Assembly (NCBI RefSeq): GCF_001194135.2
Contig: NC_068991.1
Location: 4,515,755-4,579,754 of the forward strand
DNA length: 64,000 nucleotides
Source: Octopus bimaculoides
Lineage: Eukaryota
Direction: 5' to 3'
In this document: piece by piece, positions 25,472 through 37,317 of the stretch
Layout of the letters: every line of letters begins with the position of its first letter
Numbering within the stretch: position 1 is the stretch's first letter
Position numbers and translations under genes: made by a program
The notes under the pieces: generated by a model
Database searches by the model: none
What the model was told of the DNA's origin: nothing
Seen by the model: only the letters and a program-made list of their open reading frames with translations

Positions 25472-25803
25472 AGTCGATGAGATCGACCTCAGCACGCAAC
25501 TGGTACTTAATTTATCGTCCACGAAAGGATAAAAATGCAAGGTCGACCTCGGCGGAATTTGAACTAAGAACGTAGAGACAGACGAAAAACCCCTAAGCAT
25601 TTCGCCCGGCATGCTAACGTTTCTTATTTCTTTATTGCCCACAAGGGGCTAAACATAGAAGAGACAAACAAGGAAAGACAAAGGGATTAAGTCGATTACA
25701 TCGACACCAGTGCGTGGCTGGTACTTAATTTAACGACCACAAAAGGATTGATGTCAAAGTCGACCTCGGCGGATTTTGAACTCAGAAAGTAACGGCAGAC
25801 GAG
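25472..25803 (-). mobile_element. Two tandem SINE family B copies (25472-25623; 25624-25803 with tail variant 2)
   Basis: two successive gtcgacctcggcgga.tttgaact.agaa cores; the second has the ttattgcccacaaggggctaaacatag..aagggattaagtcgattacatcgac tail. Confidence 0.9.
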
Positions 25804-26011
25804 TTGTGTTTGCTAAAGATCGGTTAGGAAGTTGTCGAAGTTGATTTCGTAAAATTTTTTCGAATAAAATTTCCAAAATGGTATTGTTGCTGATGTTTGC
25901 TTTCGTTGTTGCATGGCGGCATTTTGTGTAGTTTGTGATTGTGGAAATTTACTTCGTTTAATAGCTAATAATCTTTGACAATATCATTTAAAAGCCAATA
26001 GATTTTGGCTA

Positions 26012-26125
26012 GGCGGCGGGCTGGCAGAACCGTCAGCACGCTGGGCGAAATGCTTAACTGTATTTCGTCTGTCTTTACGTTCTGAGCTCAAAATCTGCCG
26101 AGGTTGACTTTCGGGGTTGATAAAA
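26012..26125 (+). mobile_element. SINE family B 5' head
   Basis: ggcggcgggctggcagaaccgtcagcacgctgggcgaaatgcttaactgtatttcgtctgtctttacgttctgagctcaaaatctgccgaggttgactttcggggttgataaaa. Confidence 0.85.
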
Positions 26126-26509
26126 ATGTGCATGAGTCTGGCTCTGGACTGCCAAAAACAAACCGTAAAATTAGTGATTTAACTTGAAGAAACATAGCAA
26201 GAGAGACAAATTATGGCATCGCAGACCTGGTTGCATTTGTGAATGAGCATGAACCTAAATTTCTTCNNNNNNNNNNNNNNNNNNNNNNNNNNNNNNNNNN
26301 NNNNNNNNNNNNNNNNNNNNNNNNNNNNNNNNNNNNNNNNNNNNNNNNNNNNNNNNNNNNNNNNNNNNNNNNNNNNNNNNNNNNNNNNNNNNNNNNNNNN
26401 NNNNNNNNNNNNNNNNNNNNNNNNNNNNNNNNNNNNNNNNNNNNNNNNNNNNNNNNNNNNNNNNNNNNNNNNNNNNNNNNNNNNNNNNNNNNNNNNNNNN
26501 NNNNNNNNN

Positions 26510-26545
<36 letters not shown>

Positions 26546-27633
26546 AATACATCCTTTTGTTATTTACACCACCTGTCCTCGTCTGTTATTGTTTTTTCGT
26601 ACATTCTCCCATATATATACCTATAAATTTTTATGCATGCCTATATATGTATATATGCATGTATGTGTATATTAAAGACCATGCACACATGTGCTAAGTA
26701 TAAGCAGCACATTTTCACGTGAGGGTGATATTAATTTTCCAGAATATTCTAAATGTTCTCTGTATTTTATAGGAATTGTTTGTCTCCTTTTTTTCAATCC
26801 CTGTTTTATAAACGCTTCCCTTCGAAACTGTACGCCATGGTGTAACTTATGTAATATTCGTAACAAATAAAACGAAATATTTCTATACGTGCGTTTTGTG
26901 TGTGTGCGTATCTGTTCGTCCATCCGTACATAAATGCACTGCTACGCAATATAATAATTAATATTAATACTTAATTAAAAAATTATCTGTATCTTCCCGG
27001 ATGCACTCATAATTAAGTAATTTCTCACTTGCAAATAGTGTGGAGCGCTCTCAGTTTTCGTTATGTTTAACACCCTGTTCCTAAAAAGGACGTCAAGTCG
27101 CCAATCCGAAAGTTACCTTGGGAGTTCAGGACTCGCTTCTATCGCTCAAATTTAAACGACTGCGTGAAATTTATTGGAGGCCAGTGAAAATGTAACGTTT
27201 ACGTTATTAAACTCATCATTCTAATATATTATCCGCTATTAGAAATGGACTAATGACAACTATCGCTTCTAGTAAGGTTACGTTTGAGACACCATTATGA
27301 CTTAGCATTCTGTACAATTAATTAGGATTTAAACAAGCTGCCAGCAATTCGTTTATTGTTTGTATTTGTAAGTAAAGTCGTATTATCGAAGTTGGTTTGC
27401 CATACAGTGTTATAACAAAGACATTGTTATCTGTCGCTGGAAATATTGTCCAATCAATAATAAAAGCAAGACATAAAGATTATCATACTGACCAAATAAT
27501 TGTAAGAACATACAAGAGAAACGCTGGATAATTTATAATTGGAACATTTTTTTTCCAAAATCTAAGTAAAAAGTAAATATCGTGTGTACATACATGTATA
27601 TGAAGATCCTGTTGCTGGATGGTGTGCCGTTGC

Positions 27634-27718
<85 letters not shown>

Positions 27719-27894
27719 GTATAGGTAGAGAATAAAATTTATAATTATAATAGAGGCCACACAAGGACCCTACTTGCTAGAAAGAAGAGTTAAGTCCGCA
27801 ACTAAACTACCGAATTACAGAGAGATATACAACGGGTCAACAGGAATCGGGCAAACGATCAAAGGTTAACAAAAGCATCATAGCTCAAAGCTGT

Positions 27895-28125
27895 AAAGTG
27901 GAGAATCTGGTATACCTGGATCATGATTTCGAACTCTGGCTACGGACTTAAATACACCTTGACATTGCTGGTAAACTGGGATAGTGGTTGCGTGACTTCC
28001 TTAAAAACAGAAGTCAGGTAGTTGCAGCTAATGATGCCCTTTTTGAGGATATCCAAATCCTAAGTGGCGTCTCTCAGGGAACTGTTCTCGGGGAATTTCT
28101 GTTCATAATAGCCCTCGTTGTCTTA
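27895..28125 (+). mobile_element. Decayed LINE reverse transcriptase fragment (CR1/L2/Jockey-type)
   Basis: frame from 27961: DIAGKLG*WLRDFLKNRSQVVAANDALFEDIQILSGVSQGTVLGEFLFIIAL, matching the RT motif W..FL..R.Q.V....SGVPQGSVLGP.LF; upstream VENLVYLD resembles the VYLDF.KAFD motif. Confidence 0.85.
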
Positions 28126-29569
28126 AATGGAGGTATAAAATCACAGTAATGTTGACTGGCTGTCTGCCAAGCAGTACACCATGTTGTCTCCAAAATTCTG
28201 GCAGAGTGTATTGCGTCACGGTGCTGCTTTTCTCACAACGGTGCTCAACTGACCCTACTATACTCTGTAGTCGACTAAATCAAAATCAATGAGTGCGCAT
28301 GCACGAAATTAAAAATAGAAAAATGGTGGCAAGTTATCCATCGTAGGTTGTATATATTCACACGTAAATGTGTGTGTACGTAGAAATATGTTGAATGAAA
28401 TGTAATATATCTAAGCTTACATTCATTCTCGATGTAATTTCATATTTTACATGGCTGAATGCCATCCCTGTTTTATTAATAAATACAGTTATTAATTTTG
28501 AATTTTAGAACTTCATACGTGTGAGTAAATTATATATAGTATAATTATGCTGTTGTGTGACATTGTTTGTGTGTTCTTTTCACTGTTTGGTTGTTTTGCC
28601 TAATATTTATGATCATTGTTATCAACAGATATAATCTTACAAACAGCGTGATAATACGTCATAAAATATGCGACACACAGAGAAATAAGCGATGAAAACA
28701 TGAGTATTATAGACACACGCTCATTATGATGCTGCAATGATAAATAATTGTTTAGAAATTAAATACATTTGCCAGACACGATACACATTCAATTTTATCA
28801 ATAATGCGGTTATCTTCACACATTCTAAAGCATGGAGAATGTGTTTGAAGGGAAACATTCAGAACAATATTTTAAAAATTTCTAATCATAAACACCCTAC
28901 ACTAAATAACAATCAGTACAATAAAAAAAAACTTTGAGATCGAAGGCAAAAATGGTTAATGAGTGCATATGCTATATCTCGGGGTTGCTGACCCTTCATC
29001 AGTGACCATCTAACCGACTTTCACTTCCAAACACATTGCTTATATAGCCACTGCCTACAGCGATTAAGTTATTGGATTTACCAATTTACATATTAAGCGC
29101 ATTCTTGGAGCTGATATATAAACATTAATGATTAGTAGGTACTTAATACTTCGGTATGTAAACATAATCGACTATAAATCATATTAAATGTTTTTATAAG
29201 TTAACACCACGTCTTAGCCCTAAAGCTAGAGTGAGAGACACACACACAGAGAAACAGAGATACACTTCAGGTGTACATGAATGTATGTCCCTCTGTGTCT
29301 GTCTTAGTATATGTAAGTGTATGTCAAACTCGATGTGTATGCGACTGTATGTGTGTGTGACTGTAAGTGTAATAACCCCACTTATGTTAGTGCTGTTGAC
29401 ACCGCCGGATTGAATGGTACAGCTCAGATGTCGAAACCATAATGACATCTGTGAAGCAGCTGATGATGGAGGTATGTTGGTTTGTTGGTGTGGCAGTTTT
29501 TGTATATGTGGAATAGTATTATCGGATAGTTGGTATGATTGTTGAATAGTATTATAACACATTCGTTTG

Positions 29570-29606
<37 letters not shown>

Positions 29607-29628
29607 TGTATATATATATATATGTGTG

Positions 29629-29662
<34 letters not shown>

Positions 29663-29869
29663 TATANNNNNNNNNNNNNNNNNNNNNNNNNNNNNNNNNN
29701 NNNNNNNNNNNNNNNNNNNNNNNNNNNNNNNNNNNNNNNNNNNNNNNNNNNNNNNNNNNNNNNNNNNNNNNNNNNNNNNNNNNNNNNNNNNNNNNNNNNN
29801 NNNNNNNNNNNNNNNNNNNNNNNNNNNNNNNNNNNNNNNNNNNNNNNNNNNNNNNNNNNNNNNNNNNNN

Positions 29870-29918
<49 letters not shown>

Positions 29919-31952
29919 CCTCTCTCTCTTTTCCTGTCCCTCCATATCCACACTGTCTCTGTTTCTATACTTATATTCAAAAATACTACGAATCACACAC
30001 ACAAATAGAAACACAGATATTTGTGGGTGTGTCTTACGTTATTTCAGCGAAAGTTAAGATGGAGCCTAGTTCAAGCTGAAGAACGCATTATAGAATTATT
30101 AATGTAAATTCAATTTATCTCTCTGATGATAAAATTTCAGACTCAGCAGCGATTTTGTTTTTTTCATGCAACATGTAAGTGCATCGTTTTGGTAGATTTC
30201 GATGTCATTGTTATATTTATTGCTTTATAATAAATTCTTCACGGTTTTCCTTATACCCTCAATCCATTTTCGTAATATATTTTTATTACACAGCATTCTA
30301 GTTGATTACCTTTCAAATATCTGTTAAATCACATAACTTCAACTCTTTTCCTTTCCTTTATTACTTATGTTGATAAATTTACATATATGTTAAATTGTTT
30401 TGTTGAATCAGCTAAAATTTAGGAGTTTATCATTGAATGGCGACGCATATTAGTATTTCGTATTTCCTTTCTGTTTTTGAATTAGTATTTTGTTTTGTGT
30501 AAACAATACAATGGAGAATTTCATGATTATTGTTCTGGATTTTGGCTTAATGACTCAAGGTTGTGGATGGGATTCACTCATTATGTATAGTAATATCTGG
30601 GATCATTTATATATATAGTAACCCCCCGCCCCCCCAAAAAAACTCGAGAACACAAGAAAAAAGCAACAACGCGTGGACGTGGTACATGCAAGGTATTAGC
30701 AGAAGCTCAGGGAAGGAAAGAAAAGTGGTTTTAACGTTTCGAGCAAAGCATTTATATATANNNNNNNNNNNNNNNNNNNNNNNNNNNNNNNNNNNNNNNN
30801 NNNNNNNNNNNNNNNNNNNNNNNNNNNNNNNNNNNNNNNNNNNNNNNNNNNNNNNNNNNNNNNNNNNNNNNNNNNNNNNNNNNNNNNNNNNNNNNNNNNN
30901 NNNNNNNNNNNNNNNNNNNNNNNNNNNNNNNNNNNNNNNNNNNNNNNNNNNNNNNNNNNNNNNNNNNNNNNNNNNNNNNNNNNNNNNNNNNNNNNNNNNN
31001 NNNNNNNNNNNNNNNNNNNNNNNNNNNNNNNNNNNNNNNNNNNNNNNNNNNNNNNNNNNNNNNNNNNNNNNNNNNNNNNNNNNNNNNNNNNNNNNNNNNN
31101 NNNNNNNNNNNNNNNNNNNNNNNNNNNNNNNNNNNNNNNNNNNNNNNNNNNNNNNNNNNNNNNNNNNNNNNNNNNNNNNNNNNNNNNNNNNNNNNNNNNN
31201 NNNNNNNNNNNNNNNNNNNNNNNNNNNNNNNNNNNNNNNNNNNNNNNNNNNNNNNNNNNNNNNNNNNNNNNNNNNNNNNNNNNNNNNNNNNNNNNNNNNN
31301 NNNNNNNNNNNNNNNNNNNNNNNNNNNNNNNNNNNNNNNNNNNNNNNNNNNNNNNNNNNNNNNNNNNNNNNNNNNNNNNNNNNNNNNNNNNNNNNNNNNN
31401 NNNNNNNNNNNNNNNNNNNNNNNNNNNNNNNNNNNNNNNNNNNNNNNNNNNNNNNNNNNNNNNNNNNNNNNNNNNNNNNNNNNNNNNNNNNNNNNNNNNN
31501 NNNNNNNNNNNNNNNNNNNNNNNNNNNTATATAAAACAAATTTGTGATAAATTTTAGTAATACGTGTAAAATTACACACAGACACATGTATTCAGTTATA
31601 GTTAAAACAATTTATTTTAAAATAATCTTATAAACTTACGGGTTCCTCTATACTTTTACAGAGTGCAAATCTATTATTCTTAATAATAAATATCATTGTG
31701 AGTAATTTCGAAGTTTCCTCCAGTTAATGCATTGCGTAAATGACCGAAATTTCGAAGCTTCTATCAACAATAGTCGTTTTCAAGAATAACGTATACATGT
31801 GTGTGTGTGTGTGCGCATGTGTGTGTGCGCATGTGTGTGTGTGTGTGTGTGTGAGTGTGTGATTTATTGTGTACAGGTATGTGTATAGGATTATTTATAT
31901 TAATGTATATATGTATGTATAAATTATCTTTATCATAATTGTGCGTTGAAAT

Positions 31953-32160
31953 ATTCTTTTCTACTCTAGACACAAGGCTCGAAATTTTTGAGGAGGAGGC
32001 CAGTCGATTAGATCGACCCCAGTACATAACTGGTACTTTATTTACCGAACCCGAAAGGATGAAAGGCAAAGTCGACCTCGGCGGAATTTGAACTCAGAAC
32101 GTAACGGCTGACGAAATACCGCTAAGCATTTCGCTAACGATTCTGCCAGGCCGCCGCCTT
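31953..32160 (-). mobile_element. SINE family B, well preserved (tail variant 1)
   Basis: ttctactctagacacaaggctcgaaa..ggccagtcgattagatcgaccccagtac..cccgaaaggatgaaaggcaaagtcgacctcggcggaatttgaactcagaacg..ctgccaggccgccgcc. Confidence 0.9.
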
Positions 32161-32943
32161 CTGCCTTGAAAATTATTATTGTATTGATTATAACGAACAT
32201 TTAATCTCTATCACATGATAATTGTAATAGTGCTCGTACTGTCCTTACATTGGCTCACATACTTTTTTTCCGGTTCTCTGTGTGATTCCTCACGATATAT
32301 TTTATTAAGTAATGCAGATAATATCCCACAGTTTGATGTAGACATTTTACATCTTGTACCATGCATTATTTATAATTCTGTATTGAAACCTATTGACATA
32401 TACTTATCTATACCTCTGTCTATATAGATGGCTTGCTATCTGTTACTTAGCGTGTCTTCCTATGTATATAATATCCGTATATTTGTCTGGGTTTTTCTTC
32501 CTCTTTGTCTCAGACACTCCATATCTTAACTCCTACTCACAGACATACACATATACAATCCCCTCGAATTGTGTATAATATATATNNNNNNNNNNNNNNN
32601 NNNNNNNNNNNNNNNNNNNNNNNNNNNNNNNNNNNNNNNNNNNNNNNNNNNNNNNNNNNNNNNNNNNNNNNNNNNNNNNNNNNNNNNNNNNNNNNNNNNN
32701 NNNNNNNNNNNNNNNNNNNNNNNNNNNNNNNNNNNNNNNNNNNNNNNNNNNNNNNNNNNNNNNNNNNNNNNNNNNNNNNNNNNNNNNNNNNNNNNNNNNN
32801 NNNNNNNNNNNNNNNNNNNNNNNNNNNNNNNNNNNNNNNNNNNNNNNNNNNNNNNNNNNNNNNNNNNNNNNNNNNNNNNNNNNNNNNNNNNNNNNNNNNN
32901 NNNNNNNNNNNNNNNNNNNNNNNNNNNNNNNNNNNNNNNNNNN

Positions 32944-32974
<31 letters not shown>

Positions 32975-33034
32975 TATATACATATGTATATGTGTATATA
33001 GGTATGTATATATTCTTTTTTTCTTTTCAAACAT

Positions 33035-33385
33035 TTACACGTTTCAGTCATTTGACTGCAGCCATGCGGGAGCACCACATTCAGTCGAATAAATAGACCA
33101 CAGTACTTATTCGTTGTAAGCCAAGTACTTATTCTATCGGTGTTTTTGCCGAACCGCTAATTTACGGGGACGTAAATACACCAACATCGCTTGTGAAGCA
33201 ATGGTAGAGGGACAGACACAGACACATATAACACACACACATATATATCTATATATATATAAATATATATGACAGCTTTCTCTAGCTTACCGTCTACCAA
33301 ATCCACTCAGCCCAAAGCTATAGTAGAAGACACCTGCTACAACATGGTTCTGGACCCAGAACCATGTTGTTGAGAATCAAGCAAA
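33035..33385 (-). mobile_element. SINE family A
   Basis: gtttcagtcatttgactgcagccatgcgggagcacc..gtacttattctatcggtgtttttgccgaaccgctaa..ccgtctaccaaatccactca..gctatagtagaagacac. Confidence 0.85.
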
Positions 33386-33853
33386 GTTCGCACTTTCTAA
33401 TATAGCATCTTACTCTTATCAAACGTAAGACACTTAACGGTATCGGAAGTTATTAGTTTTCAGCATGAAATCTCAAACATCTTCAGAGTTCGTAATGCAA
33501 GTCCATGCCTATTATTTGCTAGACACATCACTTACTTCTACATTGTTTCAGCGAAGTTCTCCATTTTCAAATATATAGCTGTCTCCTGAGATGCACAAAA
33601 TACAAAAGTGGTTAAAATCCTGATGGAATAGTTTACATCTTTTGCACCAGGAAAAAAAAGAAATAATTGTAGACTGTGATATAAAATGCTATAGGTGCAG
33701 CTGCAAATATATGCCATATTCGATATTGGAAACGAAACAGAAAAACGAGGACAAAAGGAAAATATTGCATCCGAGAAAAAATAAAACACGGTTTGTTTTG
33801 TTATATTGCATGTCTAAAAACATAACGGCATTAATACAAACACACACACAGAC

Positions 33854-33884
<31 letters not shown>

Positions 33885-34930
33885 TATATGTATATATATA
33901 TATATATACGTATGTATACATACATAAATATATATACATATATATATGTATATATGCATAAATGCATACATATATATATATATTTATGCATATATATANN
34001 NNNNNNNNNNNNNNNNNNNNNNNNNNNNNNNNNNNNNNNNNNNNNNNNNNNNNNNNNNNNNNNNNNNNNNNNNNNNNNNNNNNNNNNNNNNNNNNNNNNN
34101 NNNNNNNNNNNNNNNNNNNNNNNNNNNNNNNNNNNNNNNNNNNNNNNNNNNNNNNNNNNNNNNNNNNNNNNNNNNNNNNNNNNNNNNNNNNNNNNNNNNN
34201 NNNNNNNNNNNNNNNNNNNNNNNNNNNNNNNNNNNNNNNNNNNNNNNNNNNNNNNNNNNNNNNNNNNNNNNNNNNNNNNNNNNNNNNNNNNNNNNNNNNN
34301 NNNNNNNNNNNNNNNNNNNNNNNNNNNNNNNNNNNNNNNNNNNNNNNNNNNNNNNNNNNNNNNNNNNNNNNNNNNNNNNNNNNNNNNNNNNNNNNNNNNN
34401 NNNNNNNNNNNNNNNNNNNNNNNNNNNNNNNNNNNNNNNNNNNNNNNNNNNNNNNNNNNNNNNNNNNNNNNNNNNNNNNNNNNNNNNNNNNNNNNNNNNN
34501 NNNNNNNNNNNNNNNNNNNNNNNNNNNNNNNNNNNNNNNNNNNNNNNNNNNNNNNNNNNNNNNNNNNNNNNNNNNNNNNNNNNNNNNNNNNNNNNNNNNN
34601 NNNNNNNNNNNNNNNNNNNNNNNNNNNNNNNNNNNNNNNNNNNNNNNNNNNNNNNNNNNNNNNNNNNNNNNNNNNNNNNNNNNNNNNNNNNNNNNNNNNN
34701 NNNNNNNNNNNNNNNNNNNNNNNNNNNNNNNNNNNNNNNNNNNNNNNNNNNNNNNNNNNNNNNNNNNNNNNNNNNNNNNNNNNNNNNNNNNNNNNNNNNN
34801 NNNNNNNNNNNNNNNNNNNNNNNNNNNNNNNNNNNNNNNNNNNNNNNNNNNNNNNNNNNNNNNNNNNNNNNNNNNNNNNNNNNNNNNNNNNNNNNNNNNN
34901 NNNNNNNNNNNNNNNNNNNNNNNNNNNNNN

Positions 34931-34983
<53 letters not shown>

Positions 34984-35489
34984 TGTGCGTGCGGGCAAGC
35001 GTACATATGGATATGTGATGTGTATAGTCCTTAGTGTCCAAATATTTACATACAGGGCACGTTATCGAATAAGATGGCAAGATGGCAATGATAAGCAAAG
35101 ATGTAACCAATGATCTCTGATAGTTATACTGGTTGAAAATCTTATCACTTGCTTTTCGTCGACAGGTAGCCATAAACTCTGATCGTCTATTTATATAGAT
35201 TTTAAGCTAATTTTCTATAAGATACATTCGAGGACGCATTTTCAATGCATTTTTTGGTTTTCTCTTGGGGATGTATGTGATATATATATGATTACGAAGT
35301 TTTATATCATGATGACGATTTATATATTCAATCTAAATTCTCATACACATAATAGAACATTAAAATATGATACTTTGAAAACGTGTTCATAAAGAGAAAG
35401 TAAACTTTTAATAATTTGAGTTGATACTATCAAATACTCATTACCTTAAACCCGAGGACAGACAGCTGCGTCCATGGAATTTAAAATAC

Positions 35490-35597
35490 GTACTAGGCTT
35501 ACAAAGTTTCAGTTCTGGGATCGATGGGTTCGACTAACGGCGGTGCTCCCGCATGGCCGCAGTTACATGACTGAAACAAAAACAAGAATAAAAGAAT
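35490..35597 (+). mobile_element. SINE family A 3' tail
   Basis: gtactaggcttacaaag..ttcgactaacggcggtgctcccgcatggccgcagttacatgactgaaacaaaaac. Confidence 0.85.
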
Positions 35598-36283
35598 ATA
35601 TATTTTTTCATATATATTTAAGTATGTATGTATATATTTACATAGGTATCTATCTATATATATATATATATATATACATATATATATTCATATGCATACT
35701 TATATTTATATACTTATGTGTATGCATACACATATGTATGTGTACGTGTATACTAACCCTTACCTGTATGTGTGTGCGCGCGTGTGTGTGTGTACGTGTG
35801 CGTGTGTGTATCTTTGTGTGTGTGTCTTTAAGCATATTCATTTTATGCACTACATATATAAAAGATTCTTTTATGACTTGTTGGAAATAAAAATGTATGT
35901 CTATAATCTCTCGTTCTTTTTCTCTTTCTTTTTCGTGTAGCGTTTAAATACTTTTGGCAATAATTTACTTTTCCTAAGACTTCTGACACAAAGTTTAAGG
36001 AACAATCTTATTTGGAAGCTACTTTACAATAGCGATGTCGAGAAACACCACTTCTTAAAGAAAATACAAACACGCCGAGCTACAGAACATGCTTGGAGTA
36101 TAATGAAACAAAGAAAAAAAATTAAATAAACCTCATAAGAAGAAAAATATCAATCTATGATAATAAAAAAAATCTCCACAAAACAGACGTCACTGGATAG
36201 TGTTTCATATAGGAAAAAAAAACGAGTTGAGTTTCCTTATAAATCATGTCTTAATTCTCATTCCATAGCTTCGCCCTCTATGC

Positions 36284-36365
<82 letters not shown>

Positions 36366-36766
36366 ACACGCACATGCATATATACATCTGGAAGCATGTA
36401 AAAGCATATATCATTACACACACATACACATATTTATATATGTATATGCACGTTTTGTGTATACTTATANNNNNNNNNNNNNNNNNNNNNNNNNNNNNNN
36501 NNNNNNNNNNNNNNNNNNNNNNNNNNNNNNNNNNNNNNNNNNNNNNNNNNNNNNNNNNNNNNNNNNNNNNNNNNNNNNNNNNNNNNNNNNNNNNNNNNNN
36601 NNNNNNNNNNNNNNNNNNNNNNNNNNNNNNNNNNNNNNNNNNNNNNNNNNNNNNNNNNNNNNNNNNNNNNNNNNNNNNNNNNNNNNNNNNNNNNNNNNNN
36701 NNNNNNNNNNNNNNNNNNNNNNNNNNNNNNNNNNNNNNNNNNNNNNNNNTATATATATATATATAC

Positions 36767-36799
<33 letters not shown>

Positions 36800-37276
36800 A
36801 ACATGTATTTGTATATATATATATATATATATATGTAGATGGAGTCATACCTAGATAAACATCGAGATAGGCAGTGGTATACAAAACTAAATGATAATAC
36901 ACTTTTTTTTTCATATAAACATGGATGTTTATATAACAATGCGCACATGTATGAACAATATACCCATATATGTGAGAAGATATTTACGAGTGCACAGCAT
37001 TGCTATATATTTGTATTTTAATATTTTTATCAAATCTATGCGTGCGGTTACTTTGAACAGCAAACATCTGGGAACGTGTAGTTTAGAATTTAAGTCAAGA
37101 CAGTTTCTGAAATATTATACAGCACTTATTTATGATGCCGTTGTATATACAATTATACACCGGTGCATCCTCAAACACTCACAAGCACACACAAAACCAC
37201 GCGAGTACACACACACACACATACAAATACACAGACACACATTCATTAGTCACACGGACACACAATACTTACATAC

Positions 37277-37317
<41 letters not shown>

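Larger units (their letters stand above)
30761..34930. other. Assembly-gap-rich zone (largest N runs 30761-31527, 32586-32943, 33999-34930); 20 gaps totalling about 5 kb in the window
   Basis: N runs almost always flanked by (TA)n, (CA)n or (CT)n, consistent with assembly breaks at microsatellites. Confidence 0.95.

Noticed and set aside
12167-32160. Recurrent conserved approximately 30-40 bp motifs separated by unique sequence (superficially CRISPR-like)
   Set aside because: Spacing is irregular at kilobase scale, the motifs are parts of SINEs and there are no cas genes
37107-37142. Plus-frame LKYYTALIYDAV resembles the iGluR amino-terminal-domain motif KYTSALTYDAV
   Set aside because: Flanks do not match, splice sites are weak and no other iGluR-like exon was found in the window
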